Origin: Rebecca billardiae RCC1528
Lineage: Eukaryota; Protista; Haptophyta
NCBI GenBank assembly: GCA_965240325.2
Contig: OZ251241.1
Coordinates: 372,001 to 436,000, forward strand
Direction of reading: 5' to 3'
Length of the DNA: 64,000 nt
Within the stretch, counting starts at the first letter, position 1; the number at the start of each line of letters is the position of its first letter. The notes under the pieces were generated by a model. It did no database searches and had not been told where the DNA came from. It saw only the letters and a program-made list of their open reading frames with translations. Of this stretch, positions 59,662 through 64,000 are shown in pieces. Both the position numbers and the translations under genes were made by a program.

Positions 59662-62600
59662 GGCGGCGGCGGTGGCGCGCGCGCGACATCGTACGTGATC
59701 GTCCTCCTCGTCGGCGTGATCATGGTGCTCGGCTTCTCCCTCGCGCGCCGCAGCCCCGTCGTCGAGATCCGGTCGGCCGCCGAGCCGGCCGCGTGCCACT
59801 GCCCCGAGCCGCCGGCGCCCGTGCTCGCGGCGGTGGCCGATCAGACGCCGACGCCGACTCCGGAGGCGACGAAGCCCCCGCGCATCTTCAAGAAGCGCCC
59901 GCTGCAGCCCAAGACCATCGAGAGCGTGCTCATCACCGGCGCGGCCGGCTTCATCGGCTCGCACTTTGCGCTGCTGCTGCTCGACGCGGGTGGCTACAAG
60001 GTGACGGCGATCGACGACATGTCGCGCTCGTCGTGGGACACGGTGATCCGGCTGCGAGCGCTGGGCGAGCGCGCCGCGGCGAAGGGCAGCAGCCTCGAGT
60101 TCGTCAAGCAGGTGCGCGCCGCCGCGCACGCCGCGCGAGCGGCCGCGCGCCGCCACGCGCGCCGCGCCGGCACTGAGGGGCGGCGCCCTCCCTGGCCCCT
60201 GGCGCGGGCACAGGACCTCGCGGACACGCCGGCGATGGCGACGCTGATGCGCAACCGCGGCATCGACGCGGTGGTGCACTTTGCGGGCAACGCGTACGTC
60301 GGCGAGTCGATGCGCTCGCCGGACAAGTACTACCAGAACATTACTATTGGCACGCTCAGCCTGCTGCAGGTGCGTGCGCGGCGCGCAGCCCGCCGCGAGG
60401 GCGCGCGCTGCGTGCGGCGCGGGGTCCGATGCGCGCGGCGCGGCGCGCTCACGGCCCGCTGCCCCCTTCGCCGCCCCGCGCGCGCAGGCCATGGACCAGG
60501 CGGGCGTGCAGAACCTGATCTTTTCGTCCTCGTGCGCCACATATGGCGAGCCTGAGGAGTTCCCGATCACGGAGGACACGCCGCAGGTGAGGGACGGGGG
60601 CGCGCGGGGGGCGGAGCGCGCGAGGAAGCATCGGGGAGGGGGCGGCGTGGGCAGGCGCGCGGCGCGGGCGGCGTGCGCGCGCGGCGCGGGTGGGGGGCGT
60701 GGCGCCGGGCCGCGGCAGCGACTGCTGCCGTCGTCCCCGTCGTCCCTCAGCGCGGCCTGGCCTGCCCTCGGCTGAGCCCGCGACGCCCGCCCGCCTCGGC
60801 GCGCCGCCGCGGCTTGGACGCACGCCCCGCGCGCGCCCGGCGCCCGCGCGCAGAAACCGACCAACCCGTACGGCCTGTCCAAGCTGCACGCGGAGCAGGC
60901 GATCCTTGCAAAGTCGGGCGTGCGGCGCAAGCAGGGTGGTCGGCTCGCCGTCGCGTCTCTGCGCTACTTCAACGTGATCGGCGCGGACCCGCACGGGCGG
61001 ATGGGCCCGGTGCTCAACCACCGCGAGCAGTGGGAGTACCCGCGCATCGTCGACGCGGCGATGGACGCCGCGCTCGGGCTGCGCGACAAGCTCAAGATCA
61101 TGGGCAACCAGTTCCCCACCTCGGACGGCACCGCCGTGCGCGACTACATTCACGTGTCAGACCTCGTGCAGGCGCACCTCGACGTGCTGCTCCGGCTCGA
61201 CGCGGCCGAGCCGCTCGTGTACAACGTGGGCGTGGGGCGGGGGTACACCGTCAACGTGCGCCGCACCACGCCGCCGCGCGCGCCGCGCGCGCCGCCGCGC
61301 CGCGCTGGGCGCTCGAGGCTGAGTCTCCCGCGCGCTCGCGCTCGCCCGCCCGCGCGCGTGTCGTCGCCGCGCCGCGCCGCGCGTGCGCAGGAGGTGAAGG
61401 CGGTGGTGGAGCAGGTGGCGGGCAAGCGCGTGCCGTCCGAGATCGGCCCTCCGCGCGCGGGAGATCCGCACACGCTGTACGCCGACCCGAGCAAGATCAT
61501 GACCGAGCTCGGCTGGAAGCCCAAGGTGCGGCGGACGAGGCGGCGCGCGGCGCGGCGCGCGGCGCGCGGGCGCGGGGGCGCGGCGCGCGGGCACGACGGC
61601 GGCGCCGCGCCGAGCCGAGCGCGCGGCCACTCCGCCCGACTGAGAGCACCGGCGGCCCCGGCGCGCCGTGCCGCGTGTGCGCCGCCGCGCCGCCCTCCGC
61701 CCGCACCCGCCGCGCAGTTCGCCGACCTCAAGCTCGCGATCGAGACTTCCTGGCGGTGGCGCATCAACCGGTACCCCAGAGGGGGCAGCGTCTCGCGCAT
61801 CGACCCGCTGGCCTACTCGGGTGCGGCGCGCGCGCGCGCGCGTGGGCGCGGATGCGCGCGCGTGGCGGGCGCGCGGGCTCCGCGCCGCGCCCGCGCCGCT
61901 TCGCGCTCACGCGCGGCTGGCCCGCCCTGCGCCTCTCCGCGCGCGCGCACGCCTGCGCGCACGCCTGCACGCGCGCCCGTGCGCGCGCCTCCGCGCGCGC
62001 GCAGGCCCCGCGTATGTGTACGAGACGGACGTCTCGCCGCGGCTGCCCGACGACCCGCGCATCGTGATCGTCGGCGCGGGCCCCACCGGCCTGTGCGCCG
62101 CGTACCGGCTCAAGGAGCTGGGGTACACCAACTGGCAGCTCATCGACAAGGGCAAGAGCGCGGGCGGCCTGGCCACGTCCATCACCGACCCGAAGGGCTT
62201 CACGTGGGACATCGGCGTGCACGTGCTCTTCTCGCACTTCGCCTTCTTCGACGCGCTGCTCGACGAGCACCTCGAGCCGAAGCAGTGGCTGTACCACCAG
62301 CGCTGGTCGCCCGCGTGGATGCGCAACCGGTGCGCGCGCCGCCGCGCGCCGCCGCGCGCGCCGCCGCCCGGCCGCGCGCCGCCGTCGGCGCCGCGGCGCG
62401 CGCTGAGCGCGGTGGTGCCCCGCTGCCATCGGCGCGGCGCTGTGTGTGTGCGCGCGCGCGCGCGCGCGGCACCAGCTGGGTGGGCTACCCGATCCAGGCG
62501 AACGTGTGGCGGCTGCCCGAGGAGGAGGTGGCGGAGATCCTCACTGACCTCTCGCAGCTCAAGCCCGACCCGACGGCACAGCCCCGCAACTTTCTTGAGT

Positions 62601-64000
62601 GGTGCGGCGCGCGCGCTGCGAAGGAGCGTGCGGCGCACGCGCGCGCGCACACACGCGCGAGACGGTGACGCGCGCGCGCGTGCGCGCCCCCCTGCCCCGC
62701 GCGCGGCTGCCAGGCTGCACAACGGCTTCGGCAAGGCGCTGACCAAGACGTTCATGGCGCCATACAACTTCAAGGTGTGGGCACACCCGCCCGAGCAGCT
62801 CAACACGATCTGGGTGGGCGAGCGCGTCGCGACGATCAAGTTCCAGGACATTCTGAGCAACGTGATCGCGCGCAAGGTGCGCGGCGCGGCACGCCCGCGC
62901 GCCGCGCCAACCGCCGCGCCCGCCCGCGCCCTGCTCACGAGCGCGCCGCGCGCGTGCGGCCGCGCCCCGCTCGCTGCTGCGCCCGTGCCTGCGCTGCGCC
63001 CTCGCTCCGTGCGCCGCAGGACGCGCCGGCGTGGGGCCCGAACGCGCAGTTCCGGTACCCGATGAACGGCACAGGCCACATCTGGGAGGCGGTCTTCAAG
63101 ACGCTGCCGTGGGAGAACATCCGGATGGGCGCCGAGATGTCGACGGTGCACGCGCCGCCCGCGGCCGAGGGCGTGGCGACGCCGCGCGCGGGCGAGAAGG
63201 GCGCGCGCCACATCAAGCTGGCCGACGGCTCGTCCATCGAGTTCGACGCGCTCGTGAGCACCGTGCCCGTCGACCGGCTGCTCAAGAGTGGATTCCCCGA
63301 CGACCCCGTCATGCCCAAGCTCGCCGAGGGCGACGACAAGTTCAAGCACCAGGTGAGGCCGCGCGCGCCCTGCCGGGGCCCGGCGCGCTGCGGGCGCCCA
63401 GCGCCGCATGTGTCGCGAGTGCCGCCTGCGCGGTCTCGCGCCTCGCGGCGTGCACGGCTGTGGGCGCGGCCACGCGCCGGGCGAGGCTCGGCTCGCGCCG
63501 CCGCGCGGCGCGCCCCGCGCTCACGCCCCCGGCCCGCGCCCGCCCGTGCGCCCCCTGTGCCGCGCAGACCGTCAACTTGGTGGGCGTGGGCATCGCCGGC
63601 CAGCCGCCCGCCAAGCTGAACGGCGTGCACTGGGTCTACTTCCCCGAGGAGGAGTTCCCCTTCTACCGCGTGACGGTGCTCTCCAACTTCTCACCGCTCG
63701 TCGTGCCCAAGCCGTTCGAGCAGTGGTCGCTGCTCGTCGAGGTCTCCGAGTCCAAGTGCGCGGCGGCTGCGCGCACGGCGCCGCGCGCCGCGCACGGCGC
63801 GCGAGGCCGCGCGCGCCACGCGGCGCGGTAGCGGTGCCGGCCTCACCCCGCGGCCGCCGCCGCCGCCCCGCGCCACCTCGACGGGCGCAGGTACCGCGAG
63901 GTGCCCAAGAGCGCGGCCGAGCTCGAGCAGAAGGTGGTCGACGGGCTGCGCCGCGCGACGATGCTGCCGGCTGACGCGCAGATTGACTCCGTCTGGTAAG
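59500..64000 (+). CDS. Membrane-anchored UDP-sugar 4-epimerase (UXE/MUR4-like) fused to eukaryotic UDP-galactopyranose mutase; 3' end outside the window
   Basis: Introns 60112-60213, 60370-60487, 60587-60853, 61256-61390, 61526-61717, 61821-62004, 62330-62475, 62602-62713, 62877-63019, 63353-63567 and 63756-63890 give one frame. TM YVIVLLVGVIMVLGFSLA. Epimerase: TGAAGFIGSH, HFAGNAYVGES, SSSCATYGEP, YGLSK, LRYFNVIG, DGTAVRDYIHV. Mutase: GAGPTG, GFTWDIGVHVLFSH, PYNFKVWA, WVGERVA, WGPNAQFRYP, WVYFPE..FPFYRVTVLSNFSP, WSLLVEVSES. Confidence 0.9.

Noticed and set aside
63997-63999. TAA as the stop codon of the fusion gene
   Set aside because: TG|GTAAG is a good splice donor and the conserved C-terminal UGM motifs have not yet appeared, so the gene most likely continues beyond the window.

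Overview
GC-rich eukaryotic nuclear DNA with short, extremely CG-rich GT-AG introns. The intron style and a signal+transit-type presequence suggest an alga with a complex plastid, plausibly a haptophyte; this is inference only. Genes in order: ABC1/COQ8 kinase, TGS1, F-actin capping protein alpha, a HET-like-domain/ankyrin protein, SPX-EXS (XPR1/PHO1-type), a homeobox protein, an atypical SDR, stand-alone Nup96, tRNA-Ala(AGC), a MAP kinase kinase, a tandem double-domain GET3/ArsA ATPase, an MRS2/CorA Mg2+ channel, a NUDT22-like Nudix hydrolase, and a multi-intron gene running off the right end. About 13.8 kb (22492-36289) is repeated after a 100-N gap (36952-50921), probably two haplotypes assembled in tandem. 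Mobile DNA comprises a 5'-truncated LINE, a 1.5-kb TTAA-flanked foldback element, TG..CA elements sitting in (TA)n tracts (one interrupted by a nested TIR element), and other TIR elements. The top finding is the last gene (59500 to >64000). Spliced by hand, it encodes one membrane-anchored polypeptide joining a MUR4/UXE-like UDP-sugar 4-epimerase to a eukaryotic flavin-dependent UDP-galactopyranose mutase. That makes it a candidate one-protein, possibly Golgi-luminal, route to UDP-furanose sugars, and it lies next to a UDP-sugar Nudix hydrolase homologue. All coordinates and splice sites were read by eye.
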